Notes under the pieces: model-generated
Told to the model about the DNA's origin: nothing
Databases searched by the model: none
Seen by the model: only the letters and a program-made list of their open reading frames with translations
Shown: positions 38,261-50,940 of the stretch, piece by piece
How the letters are laid out: every line of letters starts with the position of its first letter
Numbering within the stretch: the stretch's first letter is position 1
From: Chiloscyllium plagiosum
Taxonomy: Eukaryota
Direction of reading: 5' to 3'
Length of the DNA stretch: 64,000 nucleotides
Assembly: GCF_004010195.1 (NCBI RefSeq)
Contig: NC_057719.1
Span: forward strand, 15,891,860-15,955,859
Program-made: the position numbers and the translations under genes

Positions 38261-38984
38261 AATGTATATCTTTTTAACCAGGTGTGCTGTAACTTCATCC
38301 TCAATTAAAAAAATTAACTTTTTTCTGTCCAGCATTCATCTCTCTCTCTCGGGATCCAAGGATGTATTTCATTGGCCTCTGGTGCTTTGTTCATTTAGCT
38401 CAATGTTGTCTATCAGTGACTACCCACAGGTTTGCCTATGTCAGCACTAATTCTAAGAAAAATGCCAATATTGACTATAACACTAGACGTATACAGTTGC
38501 TTAACAAACATCAGCTTATTCAATGCAGAACATTGCAGACTTAATCTTATTAAAGTTTGAAATTCTCTTATGGATTTTTTAACATAGCGCATCTTTGTGC
38601 AGTTGCTAAGTTTTGTCAAGCACCACTTTGACTTAAAAGGACACACTCAGAACTACCATCTAGATGCTGTACCATTTACATTTTGCAATGTTGTATGCTA
38701 TTCAATTTGCATGTTATTGGCTGGCCTGGAGCAGTTATTATAATTAGTCAAAATGAGCAAGATGACAATTTCCTTTCAGTGTTTTTGGTTTATTTCAATC
38801 CATTTTAACAAATAATTAATAAACAGCTACCAAGGAAGTAAAGTGCATGCAGGCTTCACAAAACCTGTGCACACTCAGTTTTACCTCTTACCTGTTTGTC
38901 CACAAATACACAAAAATGTGTGAATATGAGTATTGCAATCACATGGTGTCAATTTGTCAAATTTTACTTATTTATTTCATCATC

Positions 38985-39400
38985 ATGTCCAAACATGTTA
39001 TGAGTAGTTGGGACTTGAACCAATGCCTTTCAGCTCAGAGGTAGGGGCATGCCACTGTGCCATAAGACTCCAGTCCACATTTCATTTTAATCAGAGGTAT
39101 TCCCCAAATCAATTCAAAGCCACAAGTTTCCTTTACAGGTGTGTTCAACCTGTTCAGAAATATTGTTACATATCTCTGGAGGTGGACATGAACCTAGGCT
39201 TCCTGGCACAGAGGTTAGGAGACTACCAGTACACCACAAGTGGCCTTCCCACATTTTCTTTTTCTAACTTAACCTATTTTCTAATATCCCAACCTGTTCT
39301 GAAATGTTGATACACACCTTTGGAACAGATGGGACTTGAAACTGGGCCTCTTGGTCCAGGGGTAGGAATGCTACCACTGTGCCACAAGAGGGATCTTCCC
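38985..39400 (-). repeat. Three tandem ~160 bp units with tRNA-like (A/B box) heads
   Basis: On the reverse strand, TCTT(A/G)TGGCACAGTGG..CCTACC..G(G)TTCAAGTCCCA recurs near 39005-39070, 39180-39250 and 39330-39395. Confidence 0.65.
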
Positions 39401-39550
39401 ACATTTTCATTACTGACCAATTTAAAGTTATCCACATTTGGATTCCCAAATAATCACTGCAGTGAGTAGCTAATCTGTCGTGGGGAATAGAGGGTGCAAT
39501 CAGTACGACTTGCAGAACGTGGTGATATTATACACTGTACCTAGGTACAA

Positions 39551-39770
39551 GTGACAATATCAAATAAATGTAAAACTAAATCCAAATCTAAATTCAAATC
39601 TAAAACTAAATCTAAATTACATGTATTGGAGTCAGCCATCGAACATTGTGGGCGGCACGGTGGCACAGTGGGCGGTGACAATATCAAATAAATGTAAAAC
39701 TAAATCCAAATCTAAATTCAAATCTAAAACTAAATCTAAATTACATGTATTGGAGTCAGCCATCGAACAT
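39551..39770 (+). repeat. Perfect 96-bp direct duplication around a 28-bp HE1 head fragment
   Basis: 39551-39646 equals 39675-39770; spacer is TGTGGGCGGCACGGTGGCACAGTGGGCG. Confidence 0.9.
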
Positions 39771-40146
39771 CTAAGACACTACTAAAAGCTGGCGGTCTTC
39801 AGAAAGCAACACTTCTTTCAAGGGTCATATAGCCTCCAAAGCCACCTCCAGTCAAGAGTGAGAGAGGCAGGGTGCAGCATTTGCAACTCTCACTTCCATA
39901 TCTTTGCTTACAGAACTGCTCAGTATACAGCCACTTTGACCCTTGTTAGTGTCACTTTAAATTGAGCCATTAGCAGTCTGCACTCTGTGATTGGTTTTGA
40001 AACACAAAAGTGGGATGCTAATACAAAGGTTGAATTAAATTGACACAGCAAACCCAAATGTTGTTTTTTTGATCTGCTGCCACATGCACAACATTCCCCA
40101 CTGTAGAGGTTGTAACCAGGTGAGCCAGGTGGCCATCATAGAATAT

Positions 40147-40315
40147 GATTTAATTTCTCGGGTCCAATGACCCTTCCTCAGAACACAGGAGCTCTGAGGA
40201 AGGGTCACTGGACCAGGAAAGCTGTCCCCTCACAAATACTGCCAGACCTGCTGAGCTTTTCCAGCAATTTCTGTTTTTGTCTCTAATTTCCAGGATCCCC
40301 AATTATGTTTTTTTT
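40147..40315 (+). mobile_element. Penelope terminal fragment with short 5' inversion, inserted in the 5' LTR
   Basis: Inverted repeat 40161-40182 / 40193-40214 with CTGAGGA-AGGGTC. TSD ATAGAATAT at 40138-40146 and 40316-40324. Confidence 0.72.
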
Positions 40316-40395
40316 ATAGAATATTAGTTCACTGATTGAGGCTGTTAACTTGGTTCAATCAGGGAGCCCTAGCTGACAGATATAAACAGGATCTC

Positions 40396-40653
40396 CCTCA
40401 CTGTTTTGATCACACAGCACTGTCCTTTGAGGTGAAGGGCAGTGTTTGTCACTGGCCACCCGGGTGTTTTCCTATCTTCCTGGTGGTGGAAATTGAATAA
40501 AGATTGGTGCACTTTGTGTCTTTCACTGTGTCTCACACCTGCACACACACACCATGGGTGCTGGGGAAAAAAATAAGCACTACCGCACTTAGGTGGTAGC
40601 GTGGGGGTTAATAAAAAAAAATAAAAAAATAAAAAAAGAAAAAACAAAAAAAA
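40396..40653 (+). mobile_element. Unit U poly(A)-tailed retroposon inserted in the 5' LTR
   Basis: 14-bp TSD ATAAACAGGATCTC at 40382-40395 and 40654-40667, A-rich tail, and 3' stem-loop CACTACC..GGTAG(C)GTG. Confidence 0.85.
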
Positions 40654-41577
40654 ATAAACAGGATCTCAGAGGTTCTGCTCATTCTGAGAGTTGACTCTGA
40701 GTAAGCTGGATCCGTGTCAAAGACTTTCCATGTGTAAATAAAGGGTGACTTGGCAATAGAATACCAGCCTCTGTAGAGCTAATTCAGTGGCGAGAAAAGC
40801 ATGTTTCTGAACAAATTCACTTGCAACAGTTGTCTTTGAGTTGGGGGTAAGCATTTCTGGCATCATGCCTCTATTTGGAAATCTTGACTTATTTGATCTT
40901 GCTTTCATAGATTAGGCCCTGTATGTGGAAAGATTGCATTGATTTTTCTAGGCAGATGATGTTAGAGTAGAGCAAAAGTAACGAGTAATTCTTCTGACAG
41001 CTTGTGGACCCACAGCTTTATTGGTTATTAGGAACCTATCTTTCCCTGCTGTATGACATGCTAAAACCTTTCAAGACTTGACAGATTTAGTTAAGAAATA
41101 TTGCCATCCCAAGCCTCCTCTAAGTCTGAGACATTATCAGTTTTATTTCACAATTCAAGACCCAGGAGAATCCATATTGGGATTTTTGACTAGCTTAAGA
41201 TGAATGGCAGAAGTATATGACTTTGGTTTAACTTTTAATGACATGCTGAAAGATCGTTTGGTATGTGGGATTAATGATGTAGCCATACAACAGCCCCTAC
41301 TAGCTGAAGCCCAACTGGACTTCAAACAAGCACTACAACTGGCTCTATCATTGGAAAATGCAACAAGTTCCATATAAGTTGCAGTATATTCTGAAGAAAG
41401 TGGACAGCCTCATCAGTCTGACTGAGCTTGGGGAACATCACTTGAGTGAAGGTAATTGCATAGCCTCACTCAAGACATATCCTGAAAAGAGGGACTCTAG
41501 GTCAGCTCACAGCAAAACCCCAAAACAAAGCCAAGACTTAGCCAAACATTTAAAAATTCCTTCAGGATCTGGACCGG

Positions 41578-42232
41578 TAATCTGGATATTTTTCAGAGGG
41601 GTCTTAAATGTAGTTCTGATGTGTCTGGTTTGGATGGGTTTTAGTGCCAATTTGATTATAGTTAATAGATTCTGCCTCAGACAAAAGGCTTTCATGTTTT
41701 GAAGAAAAAATACTTGTACAATGACAGGGGAATGGCTACTTCTCCCAGCTCAGCTTTTCTCTGGTTTGGTTTGATGTGGTTTGGTTTGGTTTGGTTTCAT
41801 CAGTCTAGCTGTTCAGAGCTGCTGGTCAGTTTAAGCTGAGGAATCCAAAGAAACTACTACAGTGGAAGGAGGTTCCATGCTGTGTCTGTCTGCCATCTCT
41901 CTCTCTCCTGGAAGACTCTGTGTTTGATTTTACCTTTTTTGCCAAGGGGATGTTTATACGGATGTTGCAAGTATTTGGAACAGCATCATTAAGTTGCGAT
42001 AGAGTTGAGTGGGTTTTTAAATAGTTAAGTTATTTCCATATTCTGTTGTCTTTTGTTTGTGTTTCATTCAGTGATCTTGCAAATAAATTCTGTTTTGTTT
42101 AAAACTAAGTGATTGGTCCAGCTGCATCACTTCTGGATTATCCACCTTAAACCTGCTTAAACCAACTAGAAAAGTTAAAGTCCGGGCTACTTTCTCGAAA
42201 TGCTTTGAGGGGGTCTGGTCTGGTCCATAACA
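41578..42232 (+). mobile_element. Solo LTR of a second family inserted in the Gypsy gag-pol
   Basis: Non-coding interruption with AATAAA near 42082 and a GGTCCATAACA end; 5' boundary approximate. Confidence 0.55.
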
Positions 42233-44202
42233 CAGTTTACAAACTCAAGACATCAAAAGAGTCCCACTAGACCGAAATGGATTAAGAGAATTCATAGGCC
42301 AGTGTCCAGGAGAATGCACACCTCGGAAAGTCCACTGTCATCTGTTTTAGAACAATTAGATTGCTTAGCAACAAACAAATTAGAACCAATCAAAATAAAT
42401 GTCTAGTAAAAAGCTAACCTGGTTCTAAAGGAAGATGAGTTTGATGCTGTCATTTCAATACTCGCAGTCTTTAGCAAAGTTTGTTCTGTACTCCAAATAT
42501 AAGTTTGTGCAAGACCTCAGCTAGACTGAGAAACAATACTGGGAAGCCTTTACAGATTAAAGGTACAACTTCTGGAGTCTTATGATAGTTTAGTTACCAC
42601 TGATTGTAGTAAAAGGCTCAGGTCCTAGCTTGATGGGGCAAAATTGGTTGAGAAAGATTCACCCTAAATTAGATCCATATTTTTCAGTTAGAAAATAGCT
42701 TCCTAAGTGAAGTCATAATTAAGTGTCTGAATGTTTTTCAGAAAGACCTAGGGTCTATCGAAGGAGCCAAGACCACCTTGCACATTGACTAGGAAGCAAT
42801 TTCATGAACCTGCAAGGCCTGCTCACTGCCGTTTGCCTCACGGGCAAATATAGAGGCAGAAATCAGAAGGGTGGAAAGTGAGTCAAACTAGGCCAGTTTT
42901 CAGAATGGACAACATTGGTTGCTCTGATTGTGAAGCCTGATGGGTCACTTCGCCTTTGTGGGGATTTTAAACAAATGGTAAATCGTTTTTCAGAGCTGGA
43001 TAAATACCAAATCCCTTGCAAAGAGGATTATTTTCAAAGCTGGCAGGGAAGCTGTCGTTCGCGAAGCTTGACATGGGCCACACTTACTTGCAATTGCAGT
43101 AAGATGAGGATTCCCAGAAGTATGCTACAATTAATACCCATAATTGCTTCTACCAATATACAAGACTGCCATTTGGGGTATCGACAGTCTGTGCAATTTT
43201 TCAGCGGACAATGAAAAATATTTTACAATGTCCACCCCAGGTCTACATTTACTTAGGTGATATACTAATAATAGGGGAGACCAATAAGGAACACTTAGAG
43301 AACTTAGATGTTTCTCCCAGGTGGGTGTTCTCTTGGAAGGGAAAAATGTGTGTTTGAGTCACCTTAAGTGACCTACTTGGGCTACAGAGTTGACACAACC
43401 AGGTTATACCTGTTGGAAGATAAACTGAGGGCGATCGAAGGTGCCTTCGCCCCACTTTGGAAGCTTAGGTCTTTCTCTAGGCTTGTGAATTATTTTGGAA
43501 AATTCATACATAAATTGGCCTCTTTCCTGGCACTTTAGTGTTGGAAATGGTCGATAGCCAAGCCATAGATTGGTATGATGGGTATAATGGATGTCACTGC
43601 CTCAACGCCTTTGCCACCTGAAGAGGAGAGTGAATTTCTTCTAAGATGCTCCAGGCACAAGAGGGAGTTACGGTGCATTACATACTACCATATCAAAGGC
43701 AGAGTTGAAGATATCTGACCTGGCACTAAAACACCTCAGGTGGAGCTACAAAAAAAGCCTATATTATCAGACTTTGAGGGGATGGGATATATTGATTGTA
43801 ATGAGGTCAGCCAGATAGAATATGAGTTCCTAGAATAGGACTGTTAATCTCGTCAAATCAGGGAGTCTTGGCTGACAGATAAGAACAGGTATGTCAGACA
43901 TTCTGTTCACTCTGAGAGCTGGCTCTGTGGAAGCTGTATCAGTGTCAGGGACTCCCCATGTATAAATAAAAGGTTACTAGGTGACGGATACTGGCCTCTG
44001 TGGAGTTATTTCACCAACCCATGTCAGTTCCATTGAAATCCTACTCAAAGGTTCAATTTTAGATAATTGATTTAGTTTATGTTCAAACTTACTATCTTTT
44101 TACTAGCTGATTTGTTTAAGACAAAGTAAATACTCAGAGAGATCCAAAATATTGAAATTGCTACTTAAGAATTTGGTAATTTACTTTAATTTTACTTTCT
44201 AG

Positions 44203-44354
44203 GAAGACAATGCAGGCTTTTCTAGACCTCTCGCTCTGCAGTTTCTCACCAGCACAAAAGCAATGTTTCTTGAACACATTTCCTGGATTGAACATGAAGT
44301 GGGTGCTAAGCCTATGTTTTCTAATTATCACGTTGGAAAATTGTTAACACTGAG
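44203..44354 (+). CDS. CATSPERB: CATSPERB internal exon (152 bp, phase 0 to 2)
   Basis: ttttactttctag|gaa...ag|gtaatt. Encodes EDNAGFSRPLALQF..MFL..FSNYHVGKLL, resembling DMGFETALAPQH..IIFF..FGNIHYGKVI. Confidence 0.85.
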
Positions 44355-44951
44355 GTAATTAAAGTGTTTTACATCTACATTGTAGTATCTATAAAAAATG
44401 TCCATTTCTAGACATATTAGAATGGATTTTTATGACTAGCAGGATTGTTCTTACAGGTATGAACTGGGAAAGCAGAAACCTGGAATTTGGGTGACTGGTA
44501 CCTTTATCTGCCCTATGTCTAATCTACATTATAGGTGTAATTAAATTTGTGAGTTTTTCTCTTGGAACATGCACTATAATGTTAAAACTCAACAATTTGC
44601 CCCGCCCCAATGCCTATCCTTGCCACCACTCCCATGACAGGAAAGGATTGGAGGATTCAGTTAAGATTCATCAAACTTGTGAAACCTTCCTCTACACATG
44701 CCTTATTTACATTTGTGTGTGGAAGATTTTGAATGGTCCAAGAAACTGACACTGGAAATGCAAAAGAATTTGGCAATGCAATGTTTGTCAGAGTTTTGTA
44801 AATATCTGTGATGTCAATAGCCTGAAGAAGCAAGCATGTGGATTTGTATCACTGGCTACTCTCCCAAATAAAGAGAGTAATATAATGGTGTATATAGTAA
44901 TCTGAACACATCACATCAATAACAGTTATGCAAGCACAAGGAATTTGATGC

Positions 44952-45183
44952 TGTAGTGATTATAATGAGGTCAGCCAGCTGGACATCATAGAACATATGT
45001 TTCCTGGTTAGAACTGTTAATGGTTCAATCAGGGAACCTACCTAACATAAAAGGATGAATGTCAGGGATATTGAGGCCTTGAATGCCTGACTCATTGATA
45101 GGCAGTACTAATGTCAAAGAGTATGCATTTGTAAATAAAGGGTGATTGGTGACGGGATGCTGGTGTCTGATGAGGTATTTCAG
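44952..45183 (+). mobile_element. Gypsy solo LTR (same family as 43791-44013)
   Basis: TGTAGTGATTATAATGAGGTCAGCCAG...GTAAATAAAGGGTGA...TATTTCA. Confidence 0.8.
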
Positions 45184-45425
45184 ATTCTATCAATAATAAG
45201 TTGCTAGGAGGCATGAAAGTGTCTAGATCTGGGATAGGTTTCATGGGAATTTCCATTGTACATCTGAACTCTAGCAGTCTCAATATTCCTGATTTGTTCA
45301 CACTTTTCATCCAGCTGGTGGTAACTGAATAGCAGAGAATAATCTCATCAAAATTGGCATATGATACCTCTCAGCAAAACCACCAATGACCATTAGGAAC
45401 ATTACATTACAAGCCATACGATAAC

Positions 45426-45748
45426 GACACGGTGGCACAGTGGTTAGCACTGCTGCTTCACAGTGCCAGAGACCCGGGTTCAATTCCCGCCTCAGGCGAC
45501 TGACTGTGTGGAGTTTGCACGTTCTCCCCGTGTCTGCGTGGGTTTCCTCCGGGTGCTCCAGTTTCCTCCCACAATCCAAAGATGTGCAGGTCAGGTGAAT
45601 TGGCCATGTTGAATTTCCTGCAGTGTTAGGTAAGGGGTAAATGTAAATGTAGGGGTTGGGGTATGGGTGGGTTGCGCTTCGGAGGGTCTTGTTGGGCCGA
45701 AGGGCCTGTTTCCACACTGTAATGTAATGTAATCTAATCTAATCTAAT
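45426..45748 (+). mobile_element. HE1 V-SINE, well preserved
   Basis: A box TGGCACAGTGG, B box GGTTCAATTCC, V-domain, CR1-like tail and (TAATC)n end; CpGs retained. Confidence 0.93.
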
Positions 45749-46739
45749 ATTCAAGCAAACTATTGTCATGCCTGATTAGTTGTGGAGGTACTAGTCAGTA
45801 AAGATATTTAGGATTGTGCTGGTGTGCAGTTCTGCACAGCACAATACAACAGTGAGGAGTAAGGATTTGAGGAAGAACAAGTTGCTCATAACATTATGAT
45901 TTGAGGATTGCAGCGGACAGGAGAATAGGCCACAAATGTCTGCCCAATTACAGCATCATTCAAAATGTAAAATCATTCCAACATTAAGTCACCCACTCAC
46001 TCTATACCATTTTATAATCATATCTCACAATCCTCCACTATCAATTATGCAAGTAGTCCTGAAACTACCCATTCATGTGTTATTCATGTATGAATTGATT
46101 TCACTTTTTTAACATCTTCCCAATTTTCGACAAGCAACTCAAACCTGAGTTAGCACTTACTTTGTAAGAATGATGACACAGGGAATGGGGAAAATGAACA
46201 AAGTTTGTGTTTTAATAATTTAAAGAGACTGATAAAATATTTTAATGAATACCTCCACTGTGCATACGGTGAATAAACTACAAAGTTTTTCTCTTTCTTT
46301 ATCTCAGGTTCAACCCCCTTTTTAAAGTATTAGCAAGCTCTTTTCTTTACGTAGTCTTCTTTGCTGATGGTAGTTGATAAGCCCTAGATGCTGGTGTCCA
46401 TCAGAGCCACGTTCCTTCCAAAAACTGTATCTATGCAGTGGCAGGCTTGGTCAGATGAGGAGGAAACAGTATGTTACATTAGTTGGGATGATGTGTGGCA
46501 AGAGGTGAGAGGTAGAAACAGTTTAAGAGGAGCTCCCACTTCCATCTCCCTGAGTGCCATTGCTGCTCTCCTGAGTCAGTCTGGCTCTCTGCAGAAGAAA
46601 AGATGTTGGAGGGTTCATTGATGTTTTTTAAAGCCATGGTTATTGTGTACATTTTCTTGCTTAAGGTCATGGAAATATTAGCATCATTGCTAGCACATTG
46701 GTCATCAAAGTCTGCGTGATTGATTAGTGTGACTTTGTT

Positions 46740-47430
46740 AAGAGGAATGAAGGTGCAGTGTATTTTTTATTTGGGGAGAGATTGAAAAGTGTTGAGATCC
46801 TAAGGGATCTAGATGTCCTCATTCAAGTCACTGAAAGCTAGCATGCAGGTACAGCAAGCAATTGGGAAAGTGGTAAAATGATAGCCTTTATAACAAGTGT
46901 AGGAGCAAACAAACCTTACTTTAATTATATCGAACAAAAATGAAAGAGTGAAAAATCACACAAAGATGAGAGAGAGAGCATATATTATTGTAATAGTCTG
47001 CCTGAGGATGGACAATCTTTCCTCAAAGATCATGCAGCAAATGTTCACTAGACTGAATTCTCAGATGGAAAGGCTGGCATACAAGGAGTGATCCAAGAAG
47101 TTAGACCTGTTTTCTCTGGATTTTAGAAGCATGACAGGTGAGTTTCCCCTGCTGAGTCTAGATCCAGAGATGTATAGTCTCAGAATAAAATGACTAGTAA
47201 AAGCTATTAAGGACTGAAATGAAGAGGAATCATTTCTCTCAGAGGCTGGTGAATCTTTGGAGTTCTCTACCTAACGGCCTTTGGAAGTTTGATTGTTGAG
47301 TAAGTTTGAGACAGCAATTGATAGGTTTCTCATAACTACTCAAGGCATATGGGGATAGCACAAGATACAACATTGAGGTAGATTATGTAGGTCAGCAGAG
47401 CAGGCTTAAGGAGCTGAATAGCCTGCTTCT
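46740..47430 (+). mobile_element. Old CR1 3' fragment
   Basis: AGGGATCTAGATGTCC (RDLGV-like) and TTTCTCTCAGAGGCTGGTGAATCTTTGG (FSQRLVNLW). Confidence 0.7.
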
Positions 47431-50400
47431 GCCCTCAAAAGATTCAGATTCTGCAGCGAAGGCTACAATCTCCATGAACAGCATCCTTGAAATCCTTGAA
47501 AAGTGATATAGTCCACAAACAGTTATTCTTTGACCACATCATATCTGAAGGTGGACTGCCTATGCTTAGTGCATTTACTGTTGACTTTTTATCATCATCC
47601 ATTTCATTAGGGAGATCTGAATTAAGCATTGCTTTCTAGGTAAGCAGAGCATGGAGAGGACTGTGCGCTCCAAAGCAGATTCTCCATAATTGTTTCTGAC
47701 ACCGATCTCAGTTTGTGATCATGCACATTGTTCAAATTGTTGAGTGATCCCCTATCAAAATTTCTAACAGTGGTTACTAAAGTATACATATCTCTGTTGA
47801 TGCCAGATTTGCCTGTGCTAATGCAACCTTAGAACAAATCTTATTCTTCATGTGATAATCCTGGAGGAGAGAAACGATGTAGTCATGAAATTGTAGGAAT
47901 TTTGAAATGCACATGATCAGAAGGATCCTATTTCATTTGATGCTAAGTTGAAGTTAACTTAAAATAGATGGAGAAGTGATGGTGTTTTTACATTTAGTTT
48001 TGTTACCTTTCAGCAATGAAGTTTAAGTTTCACCACCTCTGAGTATCTAACGCTGAGGTGTTATGTAGATCCCATATATCTACTGCTCTGCATTTGTTAG
48101 CTCTGCAATTCATGTACTGCTTTCTCCTGCAAGAGTCAAAGAAGAACTTTCATTGCTTGTAGATCCTGTATTCATCAGATGAATGCCAGCATAGTTGGGA
48201 AGGGTGACAATAAGGTGCATTACAAATGTCTGACATTTTGTGGTCAGGAACGGGACTCCTGGAAGGTATGTTGCCTCCTCGGTGCCATGGTCCGGGATGT
48301 CGCCGATCGGGTTTACAAGATTCTGAAGGGGGAGGGTAAGTAGCCAGAAATCGTGGTACATATTGGCACCAATGATATAGCCAGGAAAGGGATTGAAAAT
48401 CTGAAAAGTGACTATAAAGCGTTAGGTTGGAAGCTGAAGAGCAGGACGAGTAGAGTAGTGATCTCAGGTTTGCTACCGGTGCCACGAGATAGTGATATGA
48501 GGAACAGTCAGCGAATGCAGCTTAACAAGTGGCTGCGAGGCTGGTGCAGGAGGAAGGGCTTCAGATACCTAGACCATTGGGATACCTTCTGGGGAAGGTG
48601 GGACCTGAACTGGAGGGGCACAAATGTCCTGGATGGGAGATTTGCTTGTGTAATTCGGGAGTGTTTAAACTAGTTTGGCATGGGGGTGGGAATCAGAGCC
48701 ACATATCTGAGAGGGGGTCAGTTGCAGATGGGTCAGTGATGTATTGAATCTATCAGGACGGTTTCTCATGCAATGAAACAAAGGGATCGGTTAAAGTGTG
48801 TCAGCTTTAATGCAAAGAGTGTCCAAAATAAGAGTGACGAACTTAGAGCATGGATCAGTACTTGGGGCTAAGATGTTGTGCCGATAACGGAGACGTGGGT
48901 TTCCTAGGGGCAGGCATAGTTGCTTGATGGTCCAGGATTTAGAATGTTTAAAAAGAACAGGGAGGGTGGAAAAAGAGGAGGGGGTGTAGCATTACTACAG
49001 AAACAAAGGTTGTTGAGAAAGGTTTGTCTACTGAGTCAGTATGGGTGGAAGGTAGGTACAGCAAGGGAACAGCCACCACACATTAGGGATTTTCTATAGA
49101 CCACCTGATAGGAGTAGAGAGATTGAAGAACTCATAGGCGAGCAGATTCTGGAAAAATGCAGAAGTAGCAGGGTTGTTGTTATGGGTGATTTCAACTTTC
49201 CCAGTATCGACTGGAACCTCCTAAGTGCAGATGGATTCATTTTTGTCAGGTGTGTTCAGGAGGGTTTCCTTACTCAGTATGTAGACAGACTGACGAGAGG
49301 AGAGGCCATTTTGGATTAGGTGCTCAGCAACGAGCCAGGACAGGTGTCAGGTCTCGCGGTGGGAGAACACCTTGGTGATAGTGATCACGACTGCCTCACA
49401 TTTAGCATAGCCTTGGAGAGTGAAAGGAGCAGTTACCGAGGGAAGATATTTTATTGGGGAAAAGGAAATTATGACGCTATCATACAGGAGTTGAGAAGTA
49501 CAAACTGGGAGCAATTGTTCCACTGAAAGGGCACAGTAGACATGTGGAGACTATTTAAGGAGCAGTTGTTGAGAGTGATGCACAAATTTGTTCCTCTGAG
49601 ACAGGTAAGAAGGGGTAAGATTAAGGAACCTTGGATGATGAGAACAGAGGAACTTCTCATCAAAAGGAAGAAGGCAGCTACGTAAGGTGGAGGAAGCAAG
49701 GATCTAGCATAGCATTAGAGAATTACAGGCTTGCTAGAAAGGAGCTCAGAAATGGACTGAGGAGAGCCAGGAGGGGGCACGAAAAAGGTTTGGCAAGAAG
49801 GATTAGGGAGAACCCGAAGGCATCTTACTCATAAGTGAGCAAGAAGAGAATGATCAGGGAGAAGGTAGGGCAGATCACGGATAGCGTAGGGAACTTGTGT
49901 GTGGAGTCTGAGCAAATAGGGAAAGCCCTAAATGTGCTTTTTGCTTTGGTTTTCATCAAGGAAAGGGAACTTGTTGTAAATAAAAACTTTAAGGAGCTGG
50001 GATACAGCCTTGACCAGATCAAGATTGATGAAGTTGATGTGCTGGAAACTTTGGAAAACATTAAGACTGTTAAGTCCCCAGGGCCAGCCAGATTTATCTT
50101 AGGCTGCTCTGGGAATCGAGAAAGGATATTTGCCTCTTCACTCTCCATGGGAGTCATACCAGAGGATTGGAAGAAGGCAAATGTTGTTCCTCTTTTCAAG
50201 AAGGGTAATAGGGAAATCCCTGGCAATTACAGACCAGTCAGTCTTACATCTGTGGTCAGCAAAGTTTTGGAAAGAATTCTGAGGGATAGGATTTATGACT
50301 GTTTGGCAAAGCATAGTGTGATTAAAGGCAGTCAGCATGGCTTTGTGAAGGGCATGTAATGCCTCACAAATCTTATTGAGTTCTTTGAGGAGGTGACAAG

Positions 50401-50940
50401 ACAGGTCGACAAAGGTCGAGCAGTGGATGTGGTGTATATGGATTTTAGCAAGGCATTTGATAAAGTTCCCCATGGTAGGCTCATTCATAAAGTCAGGAAG
50501 TATGGGATACAGGGAGATTTGGCAATCTGGATTCAGATTTGGCTGGCTGACAGAAGGGAGAGAGTGATTGTAGATGGAAAGTATTCTGCCTGGAGGTCAG
50601 TGTTGAGTGGGATCCCACAGGGCTTTGTTCTTGGGCCTCGGCTCTTTGTAGTTTTTATAAATGACTTGGGTGAGGAGGTTGAGGGGTGGGTTAGTAAATT
50701 TGCAGATGACACAAGGGTTGGAGGTGTCGTCGATAGTACAGAGGGTTACTGCAGGCTGCAGCGTGACACAGACAGGATGGAGAGCTGGGCTGAGAAATGG
50801 CAGATGAAGTTCAACCTAAGTACATAGATCCCTCAAAGTTGCCACCCAAGTGGATAGGGTTGTTAAGAAAGCTTATGATGTTTTGGCATTCATTAACAGG
50901 GGAATCAAGTTTAAGAGCCACGAGGTTTTGCTACAGCTCT

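Larger units (their letters stand above)
40102..44013 (+). mobile_element. Decayed Ty3/Gypsy (Mag-type) LTR retrotransposon
   Basis: 5' LTR 40102-40786, PBS-like GTGGCGAG, gag from 40865 (MPLFG..YVER..LKDRLVCGIND), RT (IVKPDGSLRLCGDFK; YLGD at 43249), purine tract near 43777, 3' LTR about 43791-44013. RH and IN are largely deleted. Confidence 0.88.

Noticed and set aside
47444..47861. Possible minus-strand exon (acceptor-like tttctctcctccag; ORF MLNSDLPNEM...)
   Set aside because: Stops occur shortly after the acceptor in all frames, there is no recognisable homology, and it is antisense to the host gene.
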